From assembly GCA_010015585.1 (NCBI GenBank), contig ML975156.1: a DNA stretch of 64,000 nt; one strand, 5' to 3'. The position numbers were made by a program, and so were the translations under genes. Every line of letters starts with the position of its first letter. Positions within the stretch are counted from its first letter, which is position 1. The DNA is from Eremomyces bilateralis CBS 781.70. Lineage: Eukaryota. Under the pieces are notes generated by a model, which saw nothing but the letters and a program-made list of their open reading frames with translations, was not told the DNA's origin and did not search any database. This document shows, one piece after another, positions 27,815 to 42,038 of the stretch.

Positions 27815-28373
27815 GGTGATGTGTGATCAACTGAGCTATGCGGCAAAGAAAGTTGCAGATAAGATCCGCGGATGTTTCGGAGGCGTGGATTCAATCGCAT
27901 GTAGTCCACTGGCTCTATTGGGATAACCAACGTGCTTCTAAGTCTTCTGGAGTCTCGTAGGCTTCAACCCCGCCTTGTGACGCGGTCACTCAACCGCGTC
28001 TTGGTATCGGGAGCAAGGATTTTGGAATAATATCTTCAGAAGGAAGGGCAGAAGGAAGAGCTGCGTGCAAAAAACGTGAAGAAGGGCGCCTATCCGGGTA
28101 AAGTCGAGCGATATAGATTCTGTGAGAAGCTGATTCTGTGATTTTGACATGAGAATCCAAAGGAGCTCTGAATCGACAGTCGGTGCCAAGACGCGCTAAA
28201 CCTATTTAGGTCATCGTGACCTGGACGCTGGAGCCAACACGCTCAATATCACAATGGATGTTCAACCTCACCAATGTCTTTTGAATCTTCTATCGGTATT
28301 ATGGTATCGGTTATGCCAAATTCAGGAGATTATTGACATTTTTGCACTTCATGGTCTTATAAAAGCTACCATA

Positions 28374-29481
28374 ATGGCTCGAACACGCCGAAATCTTCTC
28401 CTGGGTTTGGACGCCTTTGGAACCCTCTTCACACCGAAAAAGTCCATAGCAGTTCAGTATGCGGATGTTGCCCGGTCATATGGGTTGGGGGGAATTGTCG
28501 AAAATGACCTCGACCGTTGTTTTCGAAAAGGTTGATCTTCTGTATGTCGAACAAGTCGGACGTCGCTGAAGCTTGGAAGCCTTTCAGAAACATTCCAATA
28601 GATTCCCAAATTACGGGAAACGTAGCGGCATGAATGCTACGAAATGGTGGGCGAATGTAATCTATCCTACCTTTGAGCTGCCCACCTTGAATCTGAGTAC
28701 CATTTCTCAGAGTCACTGTTTTGCCGTTAAGTCTACACTTTTCCTCTGCCAGACTGACAGTCGCCCACAGGTTATCACCTCGACTTTCCAATGTTTGCCA
28801 AGTTGGAATGAAAAATCGCCTCCGCCGGAGCTGGTTGAAGCTATTTTACATCGTTTCTCATCTTCAGAGGGTTACCAGCTTTTCCCGGATGTCCTACCCT
28901 TCTTCAAAATGTTACGGAACCGGGCATCCGAGGACACATCCACAGTGTGGCCGTGGAATCAGACCGTCGTTGGTATCATCTCGAACTCAGATGATCGGAT
29001 CATTGGTGTGTTGAAAAGTTTCGGTTTAACAGTTGCTTCTCTCCGTGGCACACCCAATCTTGAGAAGAGCCGGACAAACAGTGAAGGGTCCTCTGACATT
29101 TCCTTCATGGCGTTATCGTATGATGTGGGGGCAGAAAAGCCATCGAGATCGATCTTCAACACTGCCGAGAGACTCGCCTTTGAGACAATACACGATCTCG
29201 AAGCCGGGGCAGGTGCTGATAGTTCGCTATCCGATTGGGACAAAGTTTATGTCGGAGACGACATCAACAAGGACGTGGTTGGTGCTTTAAATTCAGGATG
29301 GAAGGCCGCCCTGATCCAAAGAGATTTGACTGATGAAGGAACAACGAATGATCGAAAGGCGATGCGATTGATGGATTGGTCCGACCTAGGAATCCAACCG
29401 GATGGGCCAATCGCATCTCGCAAAGTTCCGCTACTAAACGATCTCAGGGGCATATCTCGGATGCAAATTCTCCGCGATTGA
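28374..29481 (+). CDS. HAD-superfamily hydrolase (HDHD3/REG-2-like)
   Basis: Motif I LGLDAFGTLF, then GIISNSDDR, SYDVGAEKP and VYVGDDINKDVVGA. Two introns. Confidence 0.85.
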
Positions 29482-30129
29482 TCATTGTTAAGCGTACGGC
29501 ATACCTCATTAGGACACAGACGCCCACCTTCACTACCTCAACGATGGTATTTCGTTAGCCAAACAACCAGGAATCACGTTCTTGACTTCTAGTTGTAAAG
29601 CAACATATCGGCTCGTGGCTCTGCTGTCTAGTCTGTTCGTATATCATGTCCTCGGCCGCAATGCAAGAATTAGTGCCTCAGTGGTAGAGCAGGAGTTCAG
29701 ATTTGATCCTGCTCTATGGCTTGACGTAGGATATCCCTTCATCCGAGCGTTGGAACAGTAGCCTGCAATGGATTAATCTTGGGGTTTCAATTGGACGTTT
29801 CCCACCAACTTCCTGTATCCCCACTATCGCTGAGAGGCCCTTGGGAATGTGCATCAACGCGAGATTGTATTGACAGTAAGTTATGTCGAATCAGAATTGG
29901 GAAACACAGACTGATGATATTATATAGTGACAATCAGCAATACTATACAGCGACTCAACGATAGAGGGCGGATATGAACAGATTAAAGCATCCTCGTCAT
30001 GTTCAGGAGTCCCACGAATTCCACTCCCCGAAATCCCCAGCGACGATCCAATTCGATCCGCGATGAACGATTGCGTCTTGCATGGAAGACTCGCAATCAC
30101 ATCTTTTGGAGACGATAAGATACCCCATT

Positions 30130-31172
30130 CTACGATCTAGCCAGGCGACCACTCCGTCGAGGTCGGCCGGATTCCGTCGCGGCCGGTTTCTTCGGCTTCT
30201 CTTTCTTCTGCCCACTCTTCTCCTGAGCCGGCCTTCCTCTTTTCTTCTTTGAGCTTTCATCGTTAGTTCCGGATGAATCCGTCCTCTGCTTCTTTGCTGC
30301 GGGTTTTTCTTCCTTTTCACCCTGGGCTTCCGAGCGTGTCCCATTGACATCCTCCACATCTCGCTTCTCGCCGGTCTTTGGGGTTTTCCCAGTTTCAATG
30401 CTCGGGCCGGCTCCAATTTGGTGTGGAAGCCCGCCAGACATGCTCACATCCTCTTTATCCGTCTCCTCCGCAGGCTTGGCCTCTGAAATGTCTACTACTC
30501 TTTCTACGAAAGTTGCCTCAGGGACTGTCTTAACCCTTTCCTCGAAAGTTTCCTTGACCACCTCGGACCATTCTTCATCATTATCGGTCGTCTCAATCAC
30601 AGATCTCTCTGCAGGCTTGGGGGGCAAGTTTCCCACCGGCTTTTCCATGATAGGTTGCTCGGGCATTGTCTCAGTCCTTTCCTCGAACGTTTCCTCGAGC
30701 CTTTCCTCGGACCATTCTTCATCTTTATCGGCCGTTTCATCCACAGGTCTCTCCGCAGGTTTGGCCGGTAAAATTCCCACTGGATTTTCCACGAGAGGTT
30801 CAGGCATTGTTCCCAGCCTTTCTTCGAATTTTTCCTCAAGTTTCTCCTCGGACAATTCCTCTAGGGGCTGGCCGGGCCTTTCCTGGGACATTTCCATGGT
30901 TTGCTCGAGAATTTTCTCCAGTATTTCCTCCGACTTCCCCTGCTCCTTGTCATCCAACTCATCGGAGGTGTGACCATTTGCTTTTTGCTCAATTTCAAGT
31001 TCATGAGCTCGCTTGAAAACGTCGCTGCCGGGTCGGGCAATGCGAATTGCAGGATCATCCAGATCGACATCCCGGCTGATAGTGTCGCCTTGGTTTGATT
31101 GAAGGGCAAGTTCGGCTTCTCTAAGGACATCTGCGCCTTGCCCGGAGGGCTCTCCCCCACCCCATTTCCAGG
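30130..31172 (-). CDS. Hva1 Tudor-like (DUF2945-like) domain fused to acidic repeats and a basic AT-hook-like tail; first exon unresolved
   Basis: Reading upstream in the frame of ORF 30130..30957 gives SWKWGGGEPSG...GDTISRDVDLDDPAIRIARPGSDVFKRAHEL, preceded by a CTGAC...CAG acceptor. About three ~48-aa Glu-rich repeats follow, then KKKRGRPA. Confidence 0.6.
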
Positions 31173-32002
31173 AGGCTGTACCATTGCCATGTCAGTCTTT
31201 GTGCGAGAAACCACGCAGGATTGTGAATAGAGAACATTGCAGCTTGCGGGGGGTAGGGAGGAGATGGTACGATGAACAGACACGCCCCAGAAGTTGCGCT
31301 ACTCTTGAGCATGTTTGCGCGACCATAGAAGTCTAGGCGATGGTTTTCGCAAAGTCTCAAAGTCATCGACCCAATTGGGAAGTATCACTGTGTGATAACA
31401 TGCAAAAGACTCACCTTGGTTACCCGTTTCAATAGTATAGTCCGACATGGTTCCTTGATGTTGTATGAAGAGGTTGATGGATGTGAGAAGAAGATTGTCG
31501 CACCGAGGGAGGTTGCGGTCGCTTTGCGACTCGTTACGTCAGCGAGTCACCACGAACCGGATGGACAACGGATATGTAGAAGCTCCGGTGGGGATGAATG
31601 GGTTCCCTGTAGTGGTCGTCACTCAACTTTGAGACGGCTTGATGGCTCTGATGTCATTCTTAAACGGGAAGATTTGAAGGCATATTTGGGACGAGATTTG
31701 TATAAATATCTTGACTCGTACTGCGTATGGATAAACTGAAGCAAAAGCTTGTGATTGATGTCCTGCTTCCTTGCCACACATCTGATACATCCACAAAACA
31801 GCTTGAAGCTTCCAGTTAGTTCAGTTGGCAGCCGATCAGATGCTTTGGCATCAAAATGTGGCTTAAACCGGCATTCTTGCGTCATGATTGGCTGTTGATC
31901 GTGATGATTTGCGGAGAACCCTGCCTGGAGCTTCCATTTGGTTTAATTCTCGACACTGGAAATGGTAGAACTCAGGTACCTGCGTCCTGCAGCATTCCAA
32001 AT

Positions 32003-32011
32003 TGAAAAATT
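32003..32011 (+). promoter_or_regulatory. RRPE-like motif (TGAAAAATT) upstream of UTP21
   Basis: The motif lies about 400 bp upstream of a ribosome-biogenesis gene. RRPE is known from yeast RiBi promoters. Confidence 0.35.
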
Positions 32012-32410
32012 CCCGCTCATCAACGGAACATTGTAATTTGTAGCCATATCACATTGGAGTTGAGCCACTGTTCATACAAAACGGAAGTTTCATTTTCACG
32101 TTGTTAGGCAGTTTGTTGATGTTAGATGAAGCATCCAAACGTCATTGTAGAGAATGATGTCGGAGGGTCGAGTGGAACAAGGCGTCAAGGTGTCAAGGCC
32201 ATAAGAACAGGCATCGAGGCAGCAAATTGAAGATTTCGCGGTAAATCTTCGGTGAAATGTACCAACTTCGTCGCATCCCAAAATAATTTCCAAGTGCCAA
32301 AGTCTCTGAAGGACGTTATTTCAAACCGCCGATTTATAACAATCGGCTACCTAAAGCTGACTTTATGGTCTCAATGTCTATGACTTCCAGCTCACAGGTT
32401 ATAAATGGGC

Positions 32411-35400
32411 ATGGTTCCCTTGAGCGCCCTGCCAAAAGGACCAAAATCCATGTCAATGACAGCGATGGACCGAAGAGCTCTTATCCTGCCACTGGAAGAA
32501 TATTTGCGCCATTTCGAGTTCGTACTTGTTCCTTTATAAAATAATTTTACGATACTAACTGCCGCAGACAATAGGTCTAGTATCTCCTACATCGGTCCCG
32601 TTCACCTCCATTCCGCTCGGGAAAACGACGTTTCAAATCACCACTTCAACCGGAAACAGTCTCCAGACCTACGACTTGAGGAAAGGGCTCGCACTCCAAT
32701 TCATTACTCGACCTCGGACGCCTCAGCATATCACAACTTCGTTGGCATGGAAGGATCGAATATTCGCTGCATGGGGAGGAGACTCACCTGGGACCAGTCG
32801 AGGAATCTGGGTCTTCAAACGAGGGAAAAGAATACAAGAAGTGGATATCCCTGTCAAGTTCCAGGAAAACATCCGTCAGCTATGCATATTCGGTGACTGG
32901 ATGGTTGGATGCTGTGACACCACTATCGAAATCTGGACAATTGCAACTCTGGAACATTATACCTCCCTGACGTCCCCATATTCGGTTCAGGGTGGAGTAA
33001 GCTATACTGGCGGTATCTGCAATATGCCCACGTATGTGAACAAGATTTTTGCCGGGAAAACGGATGGGAGTGTGGAAATATGGAATGTCAAAAGCGGAAA
33101 ATTGCTGTACACCATACTGCCGGAAACCTCTGAACTCGGAGCGGTTACCATGATGGAGCCAACACCAACTCTGGGACTGATTGCCATTGGATATCAATCA
33201 GGGGCTATCGCCATCCACGATATCCACACCGACACTGGCCTAATGCTTTTAAGCACGGGTTCAAACACGGCACCGATTACGACCATTTCCTTCCGAAGTG
33301 ATGGGATCGGAGCTGGAGATGATGGGACGCTACCCGGAGTGATGGCAACGGCATCTAGTCAAAGCGGTGATGTCACACTCTGGGACCTGAACCAGGGTGG
33401 TCGGAGGAAGGGCGTTCTACGAGCGGCACATGGTTCACCAGATGCAGGGCGTGGCGTTCCTGGAGGCATCAGCAAACTCGAGTTTCTACAAGGTCAAGCA
33501 GTTATGGTGACAACCGGCCTGGACAATTCTCTCAAAACTTGGATCTTCGATGAAACGCCGTTCTCACCGATTCCTCGACCTCTCCATGCACGAAGCGGAC
33601 ACGCAGGTCCAGTCGCATGTCTCAACTTCCTTCCAACCCCAGCCGATGGCGCCGATGTTGAAGGAAAGTGGTTGATGAGTGCTGGAAAAGATCGTAGTTT
33701 GTGGGGATGGAGTCTCCGAAAAGATTCCCAGAGTGTGGAGCTAAGCCAAGGCAGCATCATCAAGAAGGCAAAAAAGCTTGGTGTCTCGGGAGGCCCATCC
33801 AACTCAAATTTACGCTTCGAAGATCTCAAGGCTCCACCGATCAGCTGTATGGCTTGTTCGCTGAACAGAGACGGAGGCATTGGTGCGATGCCTGGAACGA
33901 AGAATATATGGAACCTTCCAGGACAATCGAAAGGCAAGTCCAGCACAGCCGATAGCAGTTCGACGGGCTGGGAAAGTATTGTCACTGGACATGAGGGTGA
34001 CCGATTCGCAAGGACATGGTTTTGGGGGAGAAAGCGAGCCGGCCGATGGAAGTTTGAGACTGGTGACAAGTCTCCGGTTACTGCCGTGACGGTCTCGCCA
34101 TGTGGCACTTTTGCCTTGATTGGTTCTTCCAGTGGAGGCATTGACATGTTCAACCTCCAATCCGGCAGCCATAGAAGACGGTTTCCACCAAAATTGACAT
34201 CCACTCAAGCACAAAGGCTTGCTGCTCAAAGATCGTCGAACATAGCGAACGGTCGAAACCAGTATGAAAGAGGAGAAGGAAAGCATACCCAGGCGGTATC
34301 GGGAATCATTGTTGATCCTTTGAACCAAAAGGTCATCAGCTGCGGCTTGGATGGGAAGTTGAAATTCTGGGAATTCAGTACCGGCATTCTCCTTCATCAG
34401 ATGGAATGGGCATCTTCGATTCTGGCGATACGACACCAACCTGCCACCGACCTGATTGCCGTGAGCTGCAATGAGGCATGCATCAGAATCGTTGATTTTG
34501 AGACGAAGAAGACGATCCGAGAACTCCGGACTGCTGGGAATACAGTCCAAGATTTTTGTTTCTCCAACGATGCTCGCTGGCTGGTTGCTGCATGCTCGGA
34601 TTCAACGATTCGAATCTGGGATCTACCAACGGGTCATCTCATTGATGCTCTTAGAACACCCAGTCTGTGTCTTGCTCTTGCGTTCTCACCTACTGGGGAG
34701 TATCTCGCAACCGCGTTTGCAGACACTGTTGGGGTTGACGTTTGGACGAATCGGACATTGTTCACTCAAGTTCCAACACACCAGATTTCCGAGGATGAGA
34801 TCGCACGCATAGACGTGCCCAGTAGGTCTGGAGGTGTGGGTCTTCTTGAGTCTGCCTATCAACCACAGGAATCTGGCGAGGTGCCGTCCGGCGCTCAAGT
34901 CAACCTGGAGCAACTCAGTTCCGACTTGATGACATTGTCATTAGTGCCGAAACCCCGATGGCAGACATTGCTCAATCTTGATGTCATTCGAGAACGCAAT
35001 CGACCGAAGGAAGCACCAAAGCGTCCAGAGAAGGCTCCATTCTTCCTGCCTTCAATCACAGACACGAAAGCAGATGCCATGGCCATTGAACCTGTCCGTG
35101 ATTCTCGTATTGCTGGTGCGAACTTATCGGTCAAAGTTCGAGGAGCGGATCCGATTGCGAACATGCATGGCGTGCTTCTTTCAGCGCAGACTCAACAATT
35201 CGAAGATGCGTACATCGATGTGGTCTCGTGTCTTTCACAACTACCACCATCTGCAGCAGACGTGGCAATTCGGTCACTTTCTCCGTCGCCTCCGTACTCG
35301 GAGCTGACCACATTCGTGACTGTTCTTGATTGGAGACTCAAGCAACGAAAAGATTTTGAGCTGTGTCTTGTATGGATGCGAGTCTTCTTGCGGTGTCATG

Positions 35401-35543
35401 GAGCGGTGATTGCCGAAGAAGGTCCAGACACGGTACGCGAGACACTCAGGGAATGGATCGATACATTGGAAAAGGAGGACAATCGTGTCAGGGATTTGGT
35501 GTCATTTTGCAACGGGATCGGCAATTGGGTACGGGGTCCGTAG
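32411..35543 (+). CDS. UTP21: U3 snoRNP / SSU processome WD40 protein Utp21
   Basis: MVPLERPAKR...RIFAPFR, an intron, then TIGLVSPTSVPF and many WD40 repeats. C-terminal Utp21 motif LSLVPKPRWQTLLNLDVIRERNRPKEAPKRPEKAPFFLP. Confidence 0.92.
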
Positions 35544-35758
35544 TGGATCTCACACTTGTAGCATCAACGGATTAATACTGCTTGTTCATAGGAGCAGTCT
35601 CTTGCGAGCCCGTCGGCTGATAATACTAGTACAGATCCAGCCAACCATACGTGAGTACAATGTAGTGCCACGCTTTTCTGATCCTTCCTCTGCACCCACA
35701 ACTGTTTTCACAAGTTACGCCATTGTCAACTGCCATCTGTACGCCATCAAGCCCAAGG

Positions 35759-36859
35759 TCATCTCCTACGACCGAAATCCCGCTCTCGGCTTCGGCTAGG
35801 ACTGCGACTGCGACTACCGTAGCTACTATAGCTAGGACTTCGCCTTCTCCTTGGTCCACCTCCACCTCTTGGAGGACTATCTCTGCGCCCAAAACCTCCC
35901 CGTCTACGAGGCGGGGATCTCGATGGAGATCGTGAACTGTATGAACGGCTTCGGCTTCGACGAGGACTACGACGTGGGCTTCGTGGTCGAGACAATGATC
36001 TTCTTCCCCCTCGCACCCAAGTATCTGCGCCTGGTCCGGGTCCCGGTCTTCCATAGCGTCCCGGTGGAGGTCCGAAAGGAGATCGACGACGGGGAGGCGG
36101 TGACCTGAAGCGTCCAGGACCAGAAGGTGGGGGACGAAAGGGCGGACCAGGTCGAGAATCGTAACGATCGAAAGGTGGAGGTACGCGTCGCGGGGGTGGA
36201 GATGGAGAGAATCGTCGACGAGGGAGAACGATGGAAACCGATATCACTGCTCCATCTAGTTGAGCCTCATGCATGTTTGCAATCGCTGTGTCCGCGGAAC
36301 CCGTCGAATTGAATGTAATGTATGCCGTTCCACGGTTCGTCATGACTAGGAACGTTAGTGGAGTGCAAGGGCTCCAGATTGTGACGTACATTGTCGGTTG
36401 ATTGGAAGGTCAAGCTCCTGAATGCTGCCATAGGCGCCAAAGATTTCTCGCAAGTGTTCTGCGTTGACGTTTTTAGTGAGCTTCTCAACCACAATCTTAT
36501 GAGTGTTAGCATTATTGAAGCTATGAGATAGTCGCTTGAAGACGCACCTTGGCACTTCTTGGTGGAGATATATGACCCCTTGGGCTCCTTGAATATGATC
36601 GTCTTCGTTCATGATCTCCGCTGTAACTCCGACCTCGTGAAACACTACGCGTGTTGCTGCGTCTTGTGCCATTTCCCCGACCCAATCGTTCGCTACGCGG
36701 TGTATATGAGCGGGATCGCGATCGGGATCGCGGTGAGAGGGAGCGACGCGGTAGGGGCGCGTGATTTGACGCTGAGCGGGAACGCGACCTGTCTCGCGAC
36801 ATTGACCGTCCTCGTGATGGGGTCCTGGAAGGACTTCTGGATCGAGACGCTGAAGGCAT
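35759..36859 (-). CDS. RNPS1-like RRM / serine-arginine-rich splicing protein
   Basis: RS-rich N-terminus from ATG 36859; RRM (IVVEKLTKNV...EIFGAYG, NRGTAYI...MHEAQLDGAVISV) split by two introns; RS/P-rich tail. Confidence 0.85.
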
Positions 36860-37172
36860 TTCGAGCTTCGTTTTAATTGGAAATGGATAGAAGGACTCGG
36901 AGCGTGCGTCGCGTAATATCAATGTGAATGAATGGAAATGTTCCTTCCTCAAAGACACAAGTATGAGGATGTCCAGAGGTTGGCGGAGGAAACAGTTGAA
37001 CAGTTGAAGCTCAGTTCCGAAAGAATGTTTAGCGCGAGCTGGAGCAAGAATGCGCAAGGTGTCAATAAGCGCGCGGAACACCCACCAATCATTTGGCTCT
37101 AAACATGGAGCAAGCGGCAGGTCTCACAATTCATCGATTTGAGGAACGATTCCAAATTTTTTGTTCAGATAG

Positions 37173-37178
37173 GAGTCA
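37173..37178 (-). promoter_or_regulatory. Gcn4/CpcA-type site (TGACTC) upstream of ARG4
   Basis: GAGTCA on + about 250 bp before the ARG4 ATG. Arginine genes are classic cross-pathway-control targets, but a single hexamer may be chance. Confidence 0.35.
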
Positions 37179-37422
37179 CCAGTAGAAGACCATCACCAGC
37201 ATTTGAATCCTGTTCTTAGATCAATCTCCCGCTCAAACTAAAATCGTCCCGATTTCTATACCATCAACCCATCTTCAGAGTATCTCGTTTCGTCACTCTA
37301 GTAGAGGTCTAGCTCATCCATCTTTAACAGCTCCAAGGGCTACCCATTGGACAATTAGCCATTTCGAACATTGGACGGCGTGAATATCCACCCGTACTTT
37401 ACCGTCCAATCCCTCAGAAAAA

Positions 37423-38970
37423 ATGGCAGAGCAGAAGGCTCCAGATGCATCGACTCGGCTATGGGGAGGTCGTTTCACCGGCAAGTTTCAAAAATCCACA
37501 GAGGGACTTCTCTGACGGATGTAGGCCAATTGGACCCGCTCATGATTGCATACAATGAATCAATTTGGTTTGATCGTGCATTCTGGGCTCAAGATATCAA
37601 TGGATCCATCGCTTTTGCAAGAGCGAATGTTGCAACAGGAATCCTGACCCAATCCGAATTTGCAACCATTGAGAAAGGGTTCAATGCAATCCGAAAAGAG
37701 TGGGAGTCCGATAAATTCGAAATCAAGCCCGGTGTTGATGAGGACATTCACACCGCCAATGAAAGAAGGTTGGGCGAAATCATCGGCAAAGACATTGCGG
37801 GAAAATTGCATACTGGACGAAGCCGCAATGATCAAGTCGCCACCGATCTTCGATTGTGGTTGAGAGATCAACTTCGTGAAATTGAGGCATGTTTAGTTGA
37901 CTTCCTCAATGTCATTGCGGAGCGTTCCGAGAAGGAAATGGATCTGATCCTTCCCGGTTATACTCATTTGCAACGAGGACAACCGGTTCGATGGAGCCAC
38001 TGGCTTATGAGCTATGGCTCTTTCTTCTCGACTGATCTGGAACGGTTACGAGAAGTGCTGAAGCGGGTCAATCGATCTCCTCTTGGATGTGGAGCTCTTG
38101 CTGGAAATGCGTTCAACATCGACCGGGACGCCATGGCCAAAGAACTTGGATTTGACGAGTTGATGCCAAATTCCATGGCTGCTGTGGCTGATCGGGACTT
38201 CATCATCGAGGCTATGCAATGGGGCTCGATGTTAATGCTTCATATTTCGAGATGGAGTGAGGATTTGATCAACTACAGCACAGCGGAATTTGGGTTTGTT
38301 CGACTCGCCGATGCATATACCACGGGCAGCTCCTTGATGCCTCAGAAGAAGAACAGTGAGTTAATGGCAAGAACTCCTAGGACAAGGCTAAACCATTTAG
38401 GTGACTCACTCGAGCTTCTACGAGGCAAATGTGGCCGGTGTTTCGGCCAAATGGCTGGTCTGATGATGACGGTAAAAGGTATCCCATCGACGTACAACAA
38501 GGATCTTCAGGAGAGCGTGGAACCGATGATTGAACATGTCAAGACTGTCAAAGATAGCACATTGATTGCTACTCGAGTCCTTGCTACCCTTACCACTTTC
38601 CCCGATAAAATGCTTGCTGCATTAACTCCGGACATGTTGGCAACGGACCTTGCCGAATATCTTGTCCGCAAAGGTCAGTTGATCATCATCTAATCCAAAT
38701 CCTCTGTAACTGACATCGTTAGGCGTTCCCTTCCGAGAAACACATCATATTTCCGGAAGAGTCGTTGCTCTTGCCGAGGACATGTCGATTCGGATGGACA
38801 AGTTGAGTTTGGAACAATTGCAATCGGTCGATCAACGGTTTGGAAAGGATGTGCTCGAAGTGTTTAATTACGAAAAGGCCGTTGAGTTGAAGTCCGCTAT
38901 AGGTGGAACTAGCCGATCTGCGGTACTGGAGCAGATTAGAGTGCTGCAGAGCAAGGTGCAAGGAAACTAA
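37423..38970 (+). CDS. ARG4: Argininosuccinate lyase
   Basis: [39 protein letters not shown], the signature [10 protein letters not shown], and [12 protein letters not shown]. Three introns. Confidence 0.96.
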
Positions 38971-41366
38971 CGTCGAAGTTGGTTGAACATCATGTTTGCC
39001 TCTACCGTCTCCAAGATGAATGACAAGAAAAGGGATAGAGATCTGGCAAAAGAATTGGGAAATTCGCATTCGGATCTCCGTCTTCAGTGGTCTTAAAAGG
39101 TGTTGTATTCAGGGATGCTTTTCAATGCCTGTCGAGTAGAAGATATATGTATAAGTTCAATCTAAGTTCTTCGCTCTCTTCTCAAGACAAACACTCATCA
39201 CTCACCCATATTTACCCTTGGAGGTTTCGGTCAACCCAATCAAGGGACGATACACGTACTCAGACCCCAAGGATTGAACCGTGAGGCTTGCTATGCACAA
39301 AGCGAAACGAAACGATTTCAAGGATAGAGAGAACCCACAACGATTCTCCTCAAACAGTCATGAAACCGAGAACGGAACGAATAACAACTAGCTGAAACTG
39401 GTCCATGTCACCATAGAAGAGCTTGGCATTGTTGAGCTATCCGTTGCCGGGCTTCCAAAGATGGCGAGATGTTGTTCATGCATAGAATCGCCCTCCTGAA
39501 GATTTGACCTAGAATCCCAGTAGAAGATAGCCCGAGGGCGTCCGTCAAGCAGTCGCGGCATCAATATCGACTAGTCCAGATAGCTCGTTTATTAGAGAGT
39601 CGAATGCGAAAATCCCATGCTCATGAAGAGAGGGGGATAGTCAATGTTCCCGATCAGGATGCGTCCGGTCCATGCTCTTATATGTCCAACAGCCAAAGGT
39701 GGAACCCCCAAGTCCTCGGGAAGAACGTCCGATCCGTACAACCGGAGGCCAGTTATACGCTTCGTCCTGGATTCTGTGAATGCTTCCTCACCTTGACAGC
39801 ATCGGATTGTCATCGCCCGTCCGTTGTTGCTGTGTCCGGGATTGAGCCATTACTCAGGAGAGAGCAGCTGGACAGGTTCAAATTCTGGCCCCTCTTGCGT
39901 CCCTCTTCGCAGTGAATCATCGTCAGCCCTTCGTGGCAACCACTTCTGCAATGCTCTTCTGGTCATACTACATTTCTCTGACGTAGCGTCAGGCTTCTAT
40001 ATCCATTCTCTCAACATATATCTCGCCGGACATTTTCAACTAAAGCATTGTACCCCTATGACACCACTGTTGCCTTTGGACAGGCCAGAAAAATCGGCCA
40101 AGTCCGCGCTAATTCAGGAGAACATTTTCATAGTGTCCAAGTACAACACGACCTGTGGTATGTCCCGTTGCGTTGTCTTAGAATATGCACTGTGATAACT
40201 GTTCGATGAGGCACTGACATCATGCAGTTGAAAACACCACCACCCAAGAGGAACGTATCCAGTAGCCATGGCTTAGTTCCCTATGGACTCTAGGAAAGCT
40301 GACCATTCGCTGGATGCCAGCTCTTCCGTATATTACCCCCGAGTTTGTTACCTTGGCAACATTCCAGCATTGTGCACCGCTGGGCAAGCTAAGAGAGACG
40401 GTGACGGTCATTCGGTGCTGTGGGACTCTTGAAATGTGCAAGTCGTGGAGTTGATTCCAGCTGTCATCAATCGACCCCCCATAAGTGTAATATTTGGGAA
40501 AGCGGGATTCAGCTGTCTCAGTCAAAGCCGGCTGCGAAAGTATAGTTCTTCGTCATCTCGGAGATTTGTTGCGACGTAGTGGTTGGTACCATGAAGAACA
40601 AAAATGAGAAAGAAAATTTCCATTGAAATGAAACCTTGCGTGAGAGATGCTTCCGCGATAATCTCTGGATCTGAAATTGAATATTATACACTTCGAGAAT
40701 CGCGCAGTTACAGTCCTGATCTCGGGCGACGGCGAAACTGCTGCGTGAAGAAGAGACTAAAAATTGAACAGACATCAGTTGCTGCATCAACCATGTTCAC
40801 TCGCGAGACCTATTTGGAATGCTCACGAGAACTTCCTTTCGGCCTTTGAACACCCTAGAGCGCCGACCCCCGAAGGAATGCCCCAGTGGCTATAACGAAG
40901 TGATCTTTAAAGAATGTATGCCTCGACCCGCACAGTAGCTTTGCTCCCTCAAGGCAGCCCCTCGATTCTTCCGTCCGTTGAGTTTGAAGATTGTGTGTTC
41001 GTTTTAATTTGATAGATCTTTAGGCGATAGTGACGATGTAAAGCATTAGAGCCTGGTTGCGCGCAAAGCACCCCGACGATTGTTTGATGGATTATGCCCC
41101 CCAGGAGAAGAGCTATTCTTCCGAGTGTGGTCGTACCGGACGCCTTTTGGTATCAGATCATGTTCAAGATTGAAAAGCACGACTCCATCGTTCGGGATTT
41201 CAATCAGCGTCGATTAGAGGATGATCCTGGACGATACCGGGTACTCCGCGATCATGGTTTAAAACGACCATGTTTGAGCCATCATCGTGCCCTATTTTGA
41301 GACGATTTGCGAGGAGCGAGCAGATCATCTTTGATAGGCTTTCAGAACCCAGTCTGGTCTTAGCCG

Positions 41367-42038
41367 CTACAATGATCGCAAGTCGTGGGCCTCCCATGCA
41401 CCGGTTTTGTCAGCCACCAACAGGATGAGAGTATTCGCATCGATCTTCGGTTTAGACCTCGCACTTTGAATCATTGCGGAATAGTCCAGGTCCCAGTCCT
41501 TCCCTTGCATCAAATAACCAGTCTTTTCCCTCAAATACTGGTCAGATGTGTATGGGAGTACACGCGTCTTGAAGAAAGGGCTCTTGTCATAGCCATCGCC
41601 GAGGTCCTTGGCTCCCCAATTCCGAGATTTTCGAACAACAACCTCAAGCTCTTTGAACCCCGAAACCAGACGCCATGAGGCTGGATTATCCCATTGTCCA
41701 TGTTCACGCTCAAGGAAGAACGTATAAGGCCATCGCCAGATGTATTGCACGAGGAGCGAGTCAATCAGAAGCGATATAGCTCTCCAGAAAATAACCAACA
41801 TGAACGAGGAATCGGATTCGGTGGGCCATCCGCGTCCAAGGAAAATGGGCTGATAGAAAGGAAAAATATAGACAACACGCGCTATGAGCAAGGAAAGGAC
41901 TGCCGTATTGAGCAGAAGTGCCGCGCCAAAAATCAACTTCTTTTGAGGCACCGGGTGATGGTCGACGTGTAGCAGGTAGACTAGGCTCTTGTCTAATCTA
42001 TTCAGGATCGCATCTAGCTTGGATATTTCGCCCTCCAT
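41367..42038 (-). CDS. Hypothetical two-TM membrane protein
   Basis: 223-aa ATG-initiated ORF with two hydrophobic helices and a globular C-terminus (EVVVRKSRNW, KTGYLMQGKDWDLDY). Confidence 0.65.
   Translation of the reverse strand: MEGEISKLDAILNRLDKSLVYLLHVDHHPVPQKKLIFGAALLLNTAVLSLLIARVVYIFPFYQPIFLGRGWPTESDSSFMLVIFWRAISLLIDSLLVQYIWRWPYTFFLEREHGQWDNPASWRLVSGFKELEVVVRKSRNWGAKDLGDGYDKSPFFKTRVLPYTSDQYLREKTGYLMQGKDWDLDYSAMIQSARSKPKIDANTLILLVADKTGAWEAHDLRSL

Noticed and set aside
39000..41360. Short ORFs between ARG4 and the membrane-protein gene
   Set aside because: All are under 125 aa, with no motif or consistent splice model.
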